From NCBI GenBank assembly GCA_904063045.1, contig CAJFCJ010000001.1, positions 2,666,001 to 2,730,000 on the forward strand: a stretch of 64,000 bases of DNA, in the 5' to 3' direction. Each line of letters begins with the position of its first letter. The stretch's first letter is position 1. The position numbers and the translations under genes were made by a program. The notes beneath the pieces were generated by a model. The model did not search any database. It saw only the letters and a list, made by a program, of their open reading frames with translations, and had not been told where the DNA came from. This document shows, in pieces, positions 51,280-62,832 of this stretch. The stretch is from Dimorphilus gyrociliatus (lineage: Eukaryota > Animalia > Annelida).

Positions 51280-52063
51280 ACTTACTATACAGTATATACT
51301 AGTTAGTTTCTTGTTTTTATGACGATTTCTATTATTAGTACCATTATTGATGTCATATTCTATACAGTATATGTACTGTATATTATGGGTGGTACTTATA
51401 GACGACTTACGTTATTATTAATATTATAAAATGCTATTATCAAATTTTCGAATAAAAAATAACAGTGGTTATTCATTACCACAAATAAAATGCAGTATTA
51501 TTTTACTAATAAACAATGTACTGTGTAAATAAAAAAAAAACATAATTTGATACGTTCAAAGAGTAAGATGCAGAACAATCAATAGATTTTTTCAAGATCT
51601 TATAAGAAACTATGAAGAGATTTTGTTGATTATCGCATCTTTTATCAGTTTTTTTCATCAAAGTATTTTTCACGATAGATACTATTCTGTTATTTTTTTC
51701 TTTTTTTGTAAACATAAAATAACGATAAGAAAGATAATAGATAAAAATAGATATCCTCTTATTTGTTTATTAATATATCTGATGGTCGTTTTCAGTTTAA
51801 AGTATATTTTAAAAATTTTATATCCTCAAGATTTGATATCCTTAAAAAGTATTATTTGTTGCATATATTTGAAAATATTCCATATTTACTATATTAATAT
51901 TATATGATAATAAATTACAAAACGATAACATTAAATGAACTGTTAGCGCCTTTGATAGAAAAAACTAAACTGGTTGATATTTGAATATTTTACCTCGCAC
52001 GTTCTGTTATAGCGTGGATGTGATTTCTGTTACTTATTATCGTTCATACAACTAAGCTTCAAA

Positions 52064-53193
52064 ATGGTATTTATATTATTTGAATCTGAATTAAATTCCT
52101 TTTTAGATAAAATTAATAAATCATTTCTTCAGGGAAAGGCTAAAAAAACAAAAAAATTCGCCATGACAAAGCGATTAATAAGTCTGAAAGATTCTCGAAT
52201 GTATGTATTCAGTTAAAATTGTGTAAATTTTAAAATCGTTCTAAAATATTAATTTAATATAGAAAAAAGGAAGATCGTGCCGCGAAGAAGAAGAAGAAGA
52301 AAGATCCTCAAAATATGTCTATTAGGGAATTGTGAGTATTTTCTTTCGAGCGTCATAGAGATCTCTTTTGTTATTGATAAAATCTATGTGATATTATGAT
52401 AAATATACTAAAAGAGTTACTTTCTGATTAATACAGACCCCAAGCATCCTCAGCCCTCTTTTTTCAATATAACGATCAATTGGGGCCACCTTATCATATT
52501 TTATTGGATACAAATTTCATAAATTTCTCAATAAAGAATAAACTTGATTTATTTCAATCATTAATGGATTGTTTATATGCTAAATGTGAGTTTTTAGACA
52601 TTTATTAATTGTATTATTACTAATATTACTACTACTAAATAATATATTAATATTGTTTACAGGTATACCTTATGTAACTGATTGTGTAATGGCCGAATTA
52701 GAAAAACTTGGATCAAAATATCGCGTAGCATTAAGGATAGTTAAAGATCCTAGATTCGAAAGATTACCCTGTTTACATAAAGGAACGTACGCTGATGATT
52801 GTCTTGTTCAAAGAGTAAAAGAGGTAAGAAGTAATTTTAAAACTTGTACTGTTTAAGCGTTATTAAGTAAAGGCCATTAAAATAAAGAATACTACTGAAA
52901 TCTTACCGTAAGCAGCAAGTTTGCTAAAGTGATTAATGTAAATATTCTATATTTCTTTCTGTTTGAGAGTACTTGAAAGAGCAGATCTTAGATTTTATTA
53001 CAGCCTTTTATTATTGTCTTGCCTATTAATATTCATTATTTTTTTGCAGCATAAATGTTATATAGTTGCAACTTGCGATAAAGATTTAAAGAGAAGAATT
53101 CGAAAGATTCCCGGTGTACCAATAATGTTTATACAAGCTCATCGTTTCTCCATTGAAAGAATGCCTGATGCCTATGGAGCACCAAGAGTATAA
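52064..53193 (+). CDS. FCF1: rRNA-processing PIN-domain protein FCF1
   Basis: ATG-only first coding exon (52064-52066), then [44 protein letters not shown] and [19 protein letters not shown]. Confidence 0.95.
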
Positions 53194-54434
53194 ATATTAC
53201 AAATACATTAAAACGTATATACTTTTTTTCATACCCTTGTTTAATTAACACAATAGTATTAATAATAAAGGCAACAACAATAAAAAACAATTTGCGCTCC
53301 GATCAAAGACTAAAAAGCTAAATAAAATTGGAAAAATTCGTGACATTCTTGAAGAAAAGGATAATAAAGACAGTGAAGATTAGCCTTAACATTAAATATT
53401 TTAAATAATAATTGCTGCATTATTATTATAATATGAAAATCAAACAAGATTTTGGCAAAGTATTATCAAATATATATATATATATATATATGTTAAAGGT
53501 CTTTATATCCTATATTTTAACTATCTCCACTTGACTCTGTCATACCAGAAATTCTTTATGCCATTAAAATGCAATACTTTGCTGTCTTTACTGAACAAGT
53601 AAAAGCTAAAATAGTTAACAAGTGTTTAATATATTGACTACATAACAACCTACAGGTAAAGTTATGGTCGGTTTGTTTTGCTTGTAATTTTATCCTATAG
53701 TCTATTTTTAACTCGTACTAAATGAGATATAGTAGTTATTAACAAATATATAATGTGTTATATTAATATATATATATGAAGGAAGAAAGTGCTAGTTTCA
53801 TTGTTGATAAAATATCTTATATAATAATATTTATTTAATAATAAGACTGATAAATAGCAAAATAAGCATAGTTAATATAAAATGGGATTAGCATTAATAC
53901 TATTGTAATTTTAATTAGCTAATCCTTTTACTTTTTTCCCTCTTTTTTCAACGATAAAGTGGGTGGTACTGGATAAAAGGGGGCGGAAATTATAAAGACT
54001 AGGGAAGAGAAGAGAAGAAGATTAAGTTGTGTTTATTTCTAGATTTTTTGTAACATATACGAAATAATTAAGATCTTGGTTGGAAAATCCTTTTATGTTG
54101 TCGAAAGTAATTAAATTCCTTCTACGGCTACTTAAACTCTTCTTCTAACTTGGCACACAGACACCAAAGTAAACGTTAAGCCGATAAGATTAAGGCTAAT
54201 CGATAAAATCGCCGTTCAAACTTGTTCCTTTTTTTTCAATTTTTATACTTTTCTATTTATTTTATAATAAAAAAAGAACATTTTTCACTTCTACGTTCAA
54301 ATTTTCTTCATTTAAATAATATCTTGGTGAATAGAAATACTATAAATTTATATGTTTTTTATTGTTATCTTTTACTTATGAATATTAATTAGGAGAATGT
54401 GATGACCAGCAAGTTTGTAATTGTGTGGAGACAG

Positions 54435-57178
54435 TTAGCATTCTTGAGGTACTCTAGTTTTGGCACTTGTAGGCGTTCTAATATACGGATTCGTCTAATT
54501 TAAATAAAATGATAATAGTGGTTAATTAAAGGTTAAATAGGGAGGATATATCTATTACCTTTGGATTATAGATGTCGTCGAATTTAAAGCCTGATAGTTC
54601 ATTCTTTAAGTTTAATATTTGATTTTCCAATTCTATCTTATCAGTTTGCCATACGGCGTTACTGGCTGATAACTGTTTTTCCAGATTCAACCGAAAATCG
54701 TCATGGAATTTTTGGGCGAAATGAGCGTTATTTTCGGTATTTTGTGGCGATGGTGATTGATGATGATTTTGCTGTTGTGAGTGTGAGTTAACAATCTTCT
54801 CCTGTTGAAGGCAGGATTTTGATAACGTCTTTTGCAGTTTATTTATTTGTTCTACATGCTCAGCAATGAGTCTCTCTTTGAGTGCATCGAGGGCAGCCAT
54901 CTATTGAAAAATATATTAGGTTATTAACTATTTGTTAATCCACTTGGCCTTTATTAGAAGTGAACGGGGCAATAGCGCTTACCTTATCTTTATGGAAAGA
55001 TTCCCTTATCTTGTCAACGTCTGAAAGGCGTTTCCTTTCCGACGAAATAAGAAGTTGCTTAAGTTGTTTAGCCTCTGTTTTAATGGCTTGATGATTTCGT
55101 TTTAGTTCCTCAATTATATTTCGTAAATAGGCTATAGAAGAAGCGAATGAACTTCGTCTGTTGTTCGATCCACCTTCGTTAGTTGGAACTTGAATTGCGA
55201 AATACTCGATTATTTGCCTACATTCGTCGTTCATTTGGGATACAGTTTGTTTCTCGTATCTATCCAGTCTACTAGTAACTTCTCTTTCCTTAGTTATTGC
55301 ATCGTTTCTTTCTTTTCTAAAAGTAGCCAGTTGTTTTTCAACATTCTTTAAAAGTCTCTTTTGTTTGTCACAGTCTAATAAAGTTTGATTTTCTGCACAG
55401 TTTTTAATCTGGCTTAATTCTTTGTGTTTTTTAATGGTCAATTCATGGCGAAGGTCGGCTAAAGCCGATTGTTTTGAGTAGATTGTATCGTCCAATAACG
55501 TCTGTAATTTATTCATTTCTTCGTGTAGCCTTTCAATTTCTTCACTTTGTCTCTCCGTTATTGATCTTTCCCTGAAAAGTTCCTGTTTAGTTGAATCATT
55601 AATTTGATTCAATTCTGCCCTTAGAGCATTCATTTCAGCTTCGTGATGTTTTTTCTTTTCGCTTTTCCATTGTTTCATTTCAGCTAAGCTCGTCATATGA
55701 TATTCTTCTTCCCTATTCCTCATTTGCTCTTGTAAATCTTTAATAATTTCGTTGGCATCTTCCAACTTTTCCTTAGTCTGTTCGTGTTGTTCCGTTTTAA
55801 CATCGATTTGCGATTGATAAACTTCAAGAGTTTGCTTATGGGCTTCTTGTGCATCTTTAAATTGCTCTTGAAGATTAAAAAGACTTTTATTCTTCTCCTC
55901 TTCAATCTTCTCCCTTTCTGCTTCCATAACCCTTTTACTCTCGTTTAGGGAAGCGGTAAGAGCTTTTTGTGCGTCCTCCGCCAAGGTTGTCAGCTTTTGA
56001 TCATTAGATTTAAGTTCAATCTGCAATTCTTTAATTTGATTATTCAAGCTATCGTTATCGTGTTGTTTCTCGGCTAATGAGCATTTCACTTCGGTTAATT
56101 CCTCTAAAGCCTTTGTTAATTGTTGCCTAACCTGATCAGTTTCTATGTCAGCGGTCGATTTAATTTCATTTAATTGCGATTGAAGGTTTTCTTTCATTTC
56201 TTTATGTTGAGCAGTTTTATCGGCCAACATCTCTGAATTTGTTTCCTCTAATTGTTTCAATTTTATTTGAAGATTTGCATGCTTTTTCTGAGCAGAATTC
56301 AAATCTCTAGAGGCATCTTCATACTTTTTTTGAGTTTGTTGAAGCTGTTGAGAAAGACTATCGGTTGTTTCTTGCCATTGTTTCTTTTCGTTTAGCATAT
56401 CGTTACGTATATTTAATAATTGTTTCTTAAAGTCATCTTTTTCGTTAACAACCACTTGTAATTGGTTACTTAACGATACTTCTAAAGTTTTAAACTTGTC
56501 CATCCAGTTTTTTCTCTCCTTATCGATAACTTCATCGATTGATTTATCAATCTTTATATTAGACGCCTTTGTCTCGTTCAATTCTCTTTTCGCATCGATT
56601 AACTGTTTAGTTAAGGTTTCGTGTTCTTTTAATGTGGCGTCCCTTTTAAATTCGGCCAATAATTGTTCGGCTTTAACCTTCTCTAAAAGATTTCTACATT
56701 GTTTTAATTCCGTTTGAGTTTTACGAAGCATTTTTTTATGATTAACAAAATCTTCCTGAAGAACTGAAAGTTCATTTGTGCTAATTAAGTCAGTTCCTAC
56801 CGAAGAAGCGTTAGAGCTAACAGAATAATCGGCAGCAACATTCTTTAAAGCTAGTTTACTACGTTCTACCATTCTTCTATAATCCTTTTCTAAAACTGAA
56901 TCCCTATCTTCTTCAACAGTTTTACGTTCAATTATTGGTTCAACTGCAATATTCACATTAGGCTTATTTGACATAACAATTTTTGAGAAGCATTTTTCGA
57001 AATCTTCAGTTCTAATTGAGTCGGTTTCTTGTCTATATTCTTCCTCAACCTTATCTCTGGGAGTATACATCTCAAAACGGTATTCGTAATCTGTCATTTC
57101 ATCTGAACTGCAACTTTGGACAGGCGGAGGTAAAACTTCTTTAAGCTGCGCAAGGCGAATGCCTTCTGAACAGTCCAT
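54435..57178 (-). CDS. Uncharacterised long coiled-coil protein
   Basis: A large exon from 57178 is spliced (AAG|gtaagc..ag|ATG) to 54900-54559 and then to a small exon 54494-54435. It is rich in E/K/Q/L heptads. The family was not recognised. Confidence 0.8.
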
Positions 57179-57684
57179 GTCAGCCGGTGTGTATATTTAT
57201 AAAGATAGGATTCTATGTATACAAAAAAAAAGAGCCTTCGATCAGTTAGGCGCATAAACGCGTTTAAACACGTTACTTATTGATCTCTCCTTCTTTTAAC
57301 GTATCCAATAGCCCATTGTTGGCGCCACTGTCTACAAATAACTTTTTATCGTTAAAACTAAGGATTTATTATTTATTAATACCTTTTATATGAGATTAAG
57401 GGCCCAAGAAAACAGGTATTAATGAGTACTATTAATAACACTATTTACGCCGTTAAAATCCCCCAATCTCTCCTCCCCCTTCCTCCTTTATTTTCAATCC
57501 AAAAAAAGTCATATTTTCTTTTATTAATTGATTAACTCGAATTAAAATCTGAATAAAGCAAAAGTTTATGATTATCATTTGCATAAGAACAACTTAACAA
57601 AGAGATTTTTTACTATATTCAAATATAATGTTTACACAATATATAACTTTATATAAACATATTTGTTTACATAGTATATACAGT

Positions 57685-57713
57685 ATATATATATGTGTGT
57701 GTGTATGTGTGTG
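57685..57713. repeat. (TA)n(TG)n microsatellite
   Basis: Seen directly. Confidence 0.8.
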
Positions 57714-58012
57714 GGTATTATCGGAAATCATTCTCCAATAGTAATAACCCTCTATAAAGCTCATTTGCATAAATTTTTATTTTTTACTACTGTTTAGATA
57801 GCGATAAAAATTTAGATACTATAAACAGTCATTGATAAGACATTTTTTTTTTATAAAGATGGATACAATCTCCAAACAATTTTTTTATTACTTGATTATT
57901 ATAAATCTGTTAATTTTAGTTTTTATTTAATAATATACAATATATGATTTATAACTATAGATTAGTTAAGTACTCAACTAGAAACCGATTAGGATAAAGA
58001 TAAAGAAAGAGG

Positions 58013-58041
58013 GTGATAGATAGATAGAGAGAGAGAGAGAG
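58013..58041. repeat. (GATA)n(GA)n microsatellite
   Basis: Seen directly. Confidence 0.8.
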
Positions 58042-58195
58042 GACGAAAAAAAAACAAGAAACATAAGAGATATGACTAAATTAACATTATTTAATAAGAG
58101 TTTTTCAGAGACAAATTCTGTAACAAATTGATGAATAATAACAACAATAACCAATTTACTATACTGTACATCTATATAACTAATGACGTAATAAG

Positions 58196-59578
58196 TTACT
58201 CAAATTCTATATTTGTTTCATTCCTAACTGTTTCTTTTATGTGTTGGTGAAAGAATCCTTGATTTGGTCTACCTTTTGGTGATACTCTCTTGTCTAGCTT
58301 GATAGCTAGGTCAATTAATGAGCTCATGCCTTTCATTCTTAGTAGAATACTATCGTGATCGTTTATATGAGCACCTATTATCCAACTATTCTTAGACTCC
58401 AAGACCAAAGAGACTGGAAAGATAAATGAATCTTCCATATATGGTCGAACCATCTTGACCCTGTCCATTACTTGTTTGTTAACTTGAATTCTATGACTGA
58501 TATAGACAATACGATACTTTTCGACGTCGAAGACGAGCACGTGGGATGAGTAGAAGCGTTTATGATTTTGCTTTTTGTAAAGTGTTGAATGAACAACTCC
58601 AACGTAGTAAGGATACTCGTAAACTTCTAACGGTGTCCCTCCTCGCAAAGGCGATGTGTGACGATGAAAGGCGAATGAATTCTTTTTATCCTGTTTGAAA
58701 ATAAACTCACAAAATCCACTGGGAACTCTACACTTCATCACTCGAAGTGGATCGAGGCAATGAACGAAATATAATTGACCTTTCTTTGTAAAAGGCATCC
58801 AATGTTTATCTCTTGGAACTTCACCCTTCGGTGTTACAGACTTCATTGGAGTATCTCCATGAATTCTCGGTATTATTGGCAATGATTTTTCGTAGTCAAA
58901 CAGAAATGTAAAATCGACAAGTTCATCCTTAGCAAAGAAAGCTGCAGTGTTAAACGATACATACAAAGTTTCCTTAAACTTAAATATGCGGGGTTCGATG
59001 GGACCATCTCCAATCCAACCGTTTTTAGGAGTTTGAACTCCGAGTATTGAACCATTGGAAATGGGTTCTAAACGATTATTAAACTTCTGAGTAAATAATA
59101 CATTATCGGAGAAGCTATTTGCCGGCCATTGCTTATTCATCTCATAAACTTCTCGATTTAACCAGATTCTTGAAACAAGAACTAGTTGGTTTTTGTGCCA
59201 CGTTATAGCAGGACTATTAGCATAGTAAACGTTACCTCCAGCTGGGTCTAGAAATCTTTTTGACGCCTCTTTTTCAAGGTTAGGCGAAAATGAATGAACA
59301 AGTCCAGTAGTTACGCTGGCCCAACTCTTGAAAGAGATTCCATATTGCCTAAATGTATATCCATACAAGGAATACGAAATGCGATAAGTATCATCTATAG
59401 CAATTTGATTCCCATTTCGATCTTCTTTAGGTGGTTTTCGATTCTTCACCGTTTCGTAAGGTGACTCTCTAACTCTATTCTCAGTATTCGACGACAAGAT
59501 AACATATATAAGGGCAATCGTTATTAAGATAATACATATTTTTAACGCATCCGAAATAATCTTTGTTATACGAGGCAT
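58196..59578 (-). CDS. Intronless type II membrane beta-propeller protein, GT91/BMT (beta-1,2-mannosyltransferase)- or GH130-like
   Basis: First in-frame ATG at 59578, then an N-terminal TM helix (ICIILITIALIYVIL) and a stem. Motifs NSPAI..VSRIW, GPIEPR, RDKHWMPF, LYFVHCLDPLRVMKC, LRGGTP, YVGVVHS and FYSSH resemble BMT-type GPEDPR/EKNW.PF/PL.VLKC/LRGGT. Confidence 0.7.
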   Translation of the reverse strand: MPRITKIISDALKICIILITIALIYVILSSNTENRVRESPYETVKNRKPPKEDRNGNQIAIDDTYRISYSLYGYTFRQYGISFKSWASVTTGLVHSFSPNLEKEASKRFLDPAGGNVYYANSPAITWHKNQLVLVSRIWLNREVYEMNKQWPANSFSDNVLFTQKFNNRLEPISNGSILGVQTPKNGWIGDGPIEPRIFKFKETLYVSFNTAAFFAKDELVDFTFLFDYEKSLPIIPRIHGDTPMKSVTPKGEVPRDKHWMPFTKKGQLYFVHCLDPLRVMKCRVPSGFCEFIFKQDKKNSFAFHRHTSPLRGGTPLEVYEYPYYVGVVHSTLYKKQNHKRFYSSHVLVFDVEKYRIVYISHRIQVNKQVMDRVKMVRPYMEDSFIFPVSLVLESKNSWIIGAHINDHDSILLRMKGMSSLIDLAIKLDKRVSPKGRPNQGFFHQHIKETVRNETNIEFE

Positions 59579-59880
59579 ATCTCCCTTTACCTTCTTCGTG
59601 TCGTGGCCCGAAATAGACCGCGTCGTGTTCTCGAATCTATTATCCAAAAGGCATATTGCGCTTTAATATTGTATTGAAATCTCTTCTGCCCTTTTTGGCC
59701 TACGTACATTTCAGACTTTTGAATTTTCCAGAGTATTCCTTACTTTTAACTTACTATCCAAAAAATTAAGAGATGAAAATAAATACTATTAACGTCATAT
59801 TTTTTTGTATATTTCGAGAATACATATCTTTAGAACAAAAATGACACAGATACAGACTTCTTCTATTTATAAACATACAA

Positions 59881-61170
59881 TTAATTAGTTTTAGCTCGAA
59901 TAGCCGCTCTTTTTCCAGTAACGGCTTGAAATCCAGATTTAATAGAAGCGACAGAACATCTCGATCCACAACTTTCACATTGCAAAAAGTATAATCTTGT
60001 ATCTTTCGATAATATAGTTTCAGGAGACTTGCATGTATGGCACGTGACATATTCCTCTGTTTAATTAGAAAAAATATTTTATAAATAGAATTTATATTGT
60101 CTTGTTTAAATGTTTTAATCTTACTAATATATCTTCTGAGGACACTCTCGATTTGCTTTTGCTGAAACCGTCCCTTGATGATCAATTGATTATTGCCATC
60201 GATGGCTCCGCTAAGGGTAACAAAAAGCAAAGTAATATTTAATTACATGAACATGTATAACATATTTAAGTATTTAGGTAAATGCCCATACCTTGTACCC
60301 AATTCAGCCAGTAAAAATGCCATAAGATGCTTTGGCGTACGATGCAACATTTTACAGATTTCATGAAAGTTTGCAAAAGAGCTCTTTTTCGTTCCTACTC
60401 TCATTACTTGAGGTGGTTTCATAACAAACTTTCTCTTTTCTCCAGCAACCATGTCGGGATTCTTTTCTCGCATTATATCGAACACTCTTTGTAATAATTC
60501 TTCATAAGTGTATTCTCTATCTGAATCTATCAGTAATGTGGTACCGTTCTCCTTTCCTTTGGGGGCCATGGAATCTACTTGGTCTAGGTCTGTGCCGCGT
60601 ACTTTTTTCTTCTTCTTTTTCTTATCAAAAGAGAAGTTATCATCAAGTCCTTCATTATCACCCTCTTCAGTTTTCTGCGATTCGGGATCGAAATAGACCT
60701 TCTTTTTCTTTTTTTTTAACGAATTGAAATCTAAATCTAAGATACAATATGTGCAATATAAAGACAGAATGACGTAATCTTTATATAGTTACCATCAACT
60801 TTTTCTGTTATTTCTTTAACTCCTTCATCTTCCACATGCCCTTGGCTCTCTGATGCCTGTTCTGTATCTTCTAGATTGATTGGCTTCTTCTTCTTCTTCT
60901 TTTTCTTCAAGGTCGGATCAAAGACCTGGCGTAAAATAAAAATCGAAAAAAAAATTATCAATGAATTAAGCTCGCATAAAAAAAATTCTTAAGACAATTT
61001 TTTATTGGTGTTATAAGACATATAGAAAAACTGTATTCCACCATCAGCTTATATTATTTGTAATGTTACGTATACAAATATAGTAGCTGGTAAACGATTC
61101 ATACCCATTCAGGGAAATGATTAAAAAGTAGCTTTTGTAATATTTTACTTACGGGATCTTCTTCAGTCAT
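59881..61170 (-). CDS. EIF2S2: Eukaryotic translation initiation factor 2 subunit beta
   Basis: Start MTEEDP (61170) and three poly-Lys boxes. [38 protein letters not shown] and the zinc ribbon [18 protein letters not shown] are present. Five exons join in frame. Confidence 0.97.
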
Positions 61171-61491
61171 TTCAATTTTTCCTATTAGTATTAGTAGGCT
61201 GTAAATAAGACTACTTATTCGCGTTACAGATGGAAGTCTGACCCAAACGTGCTGGAAGTGCTATAAACGGATGTGTATTCGAATTAGCTACTTTCGTAAG
61301 TAAAAATTAAAAAAGAATTATTACAGTCATTTAATTGATCAAAAAAATTAAACGGTGTATACAAATTTTAAGACAATAAAAAATAATACATTAATACGAA
61401 AAAGTGTTTGGAAAAAATCGTACGAAAACAGTTTTGGGTTCAAGGACGGATTTGAGTTTTTAAATTAGTAGGAGAAACTTTCACAGGCATC

Positions 61492-62832
61492 ATGTCATCG
61501 CAGTGTGACTGTAAACCAACTACAAAATGTATTAATAGCGAAAAAATATCGAAGACTGAACTAGAGAGGCATTTAGCTTCTTTGGGAAGGAAAGAACGTC
61601 ACAACTATGCAATTAATCATGATATACCGGTGAATCCCTTTTCTGGGCGTAAAATTGAATGGAGCCCTACAACTTTTAATACAGTCAAGGCAGTTGATTT
61701 GTTTGACGATAGTCTGCCATCTCCAAACCATTCGTTAATGGATGATGATCGACGAGCTTCTATAACTCACCAACAGTCAATTGTATCATGCGAACATAAG
61801 GAAATTTCGGAAGAAAGAAGGGAAATATCTAGAGTATTTTTTGAAAGTTACGTTGGACCACCATCGCCCAATCATAGATCAATTAATATTGTAAATGAAA
61901 CTCAGGAACAAGAAATGAAATTTGAAAAAGTGAAGTCGGAAACAGAAACAAAAGATTCTTCAACTCAAACTGAATGGTGTATAGACCCGGATTGGGCTCA
62001 TTCGGGATCTGTTCCATTTCTCAGGTTGTTATCATCAGGTGACGATGAACTTTTTGACGCTAGTCATATTGTATATTTACCGCTATACAAAAAGTCAAAT
62101 TGGCGACCGTTATTGGCAACGGAAATTCTTCCGAAGGCCTATTTTACAGATGGCCGCGGTAATTTAATGTGTGATCAATATAGAAAAGTTATTGACGGTG
62201 ATGATGGACCCTCAGGTATGACCCCAAATGAATATCGTCTCATGCAAAGAACTCATAAACTCGATGAATCGCCAAAGATAACGCCGAAATTCGGAAGAGA
62301 AAGATTCATTGAATCCCCTTGTGGCCTTAGCAAATTTTCTCCAAAGCTCTCACCAATAACACCTCAAACCAAACCTCCCCAACGATCAGGCTCTTCAACT
62401 TTCCGTCTAAATATTTCTCCTATTTTAGCCAATAGTCCTAATTTATACGGACCAGTCGGAGTTGGTAGGATAAGAAAAAATTCAGGAACCGTTGCACCAT
62501 TCGCTGGACAATTGAGCTTTTGTTTAGACGATGACGATGAAGAGGAAGATGTTGAATCAAACGAGAAAAAGCCGAGAAAAGAAGAAAATAATTTTAATCG
62601 TAGGAAAGTAAAACAGAAAGGACCAGTCGTAAATAGTACAATGCGTAGTATTAGTCAAATGGACGAAAATAGCACAATTCCAGACCAAGGATATTTAACG
62701 ATGAGCACAAGAATGTCGGAAAATATGGATGGAACGGATATATCAGATGCTGCAATGGCTTCTACTCCATCGAAAAATCGGCTCTTTCAAGCTCTTTTAT
62801 CAACAAATTGCGAACAAGTGGAAGAAAAATAG
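61492..62832 (+). CDS. BORA: Protein aurora borealis-like, intronless
   Basis: 446 aa. NPF..SP, FF....PSP, STQT, many SP/TP sites, a D.GY.T degron-like motif and a C-terminal STPSK match the layout of Bora proteins. Confidence 0.7.
   Translation: MSSQCDCKPTTKCINSEKISKTELERHLASLGRKERHNYAINHDIPVNPFSGRKIEWSPTTFNTVKAVDLFDDSLPSPNHSLMDDDRRASITHQQSIVSCEHKEISEERREISRVFFESYVGPPSPNHRSINIVNETQEQEMKFEKVKSETETKDSSTQTEWCIDPDWAHSGSVPFLRLLSSGDDELFDASHIVYLPLYKKSNWRPLLATEILPKAYFTDGRGNLMCDQYRKVIDGDDGPSGMTPNEYRLMQRTHKLDESPKITPKFGRERFIESPCGLSKFSPKLSPITPQTKPPQRSGSSTFRLNISPILANSPNLYGPVGVGRIRKNSGTVAPFAGQLSFCLDDDDEEEDVESNEKKPRKEENNFNRRKVKQKGPVVNSTMRSISQMDENSTIPDQGYLTMSTRMSENMDGTDISDAAMASTPSKNRLFQALLSTNCEQVEEK

Noticed and set aside
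52824-53050. Longer FCF1 intron as a possible H/ACA snoRNA host
   Set aside because: An ACA and a weak hairpin are present, but I found no convincing H box or C/D boxes. An Infernal scan would be needed.
6303-59578. Apparent cluster of glycan-related genes (GH-like, STT3B, CHID1, SLC35C2, GT91-like)
   Set aside because: They are interspersed with unrelated housekeeping genes and share no pathway or regulatory signature I can show, so chance is likely in such a gene-dense window.
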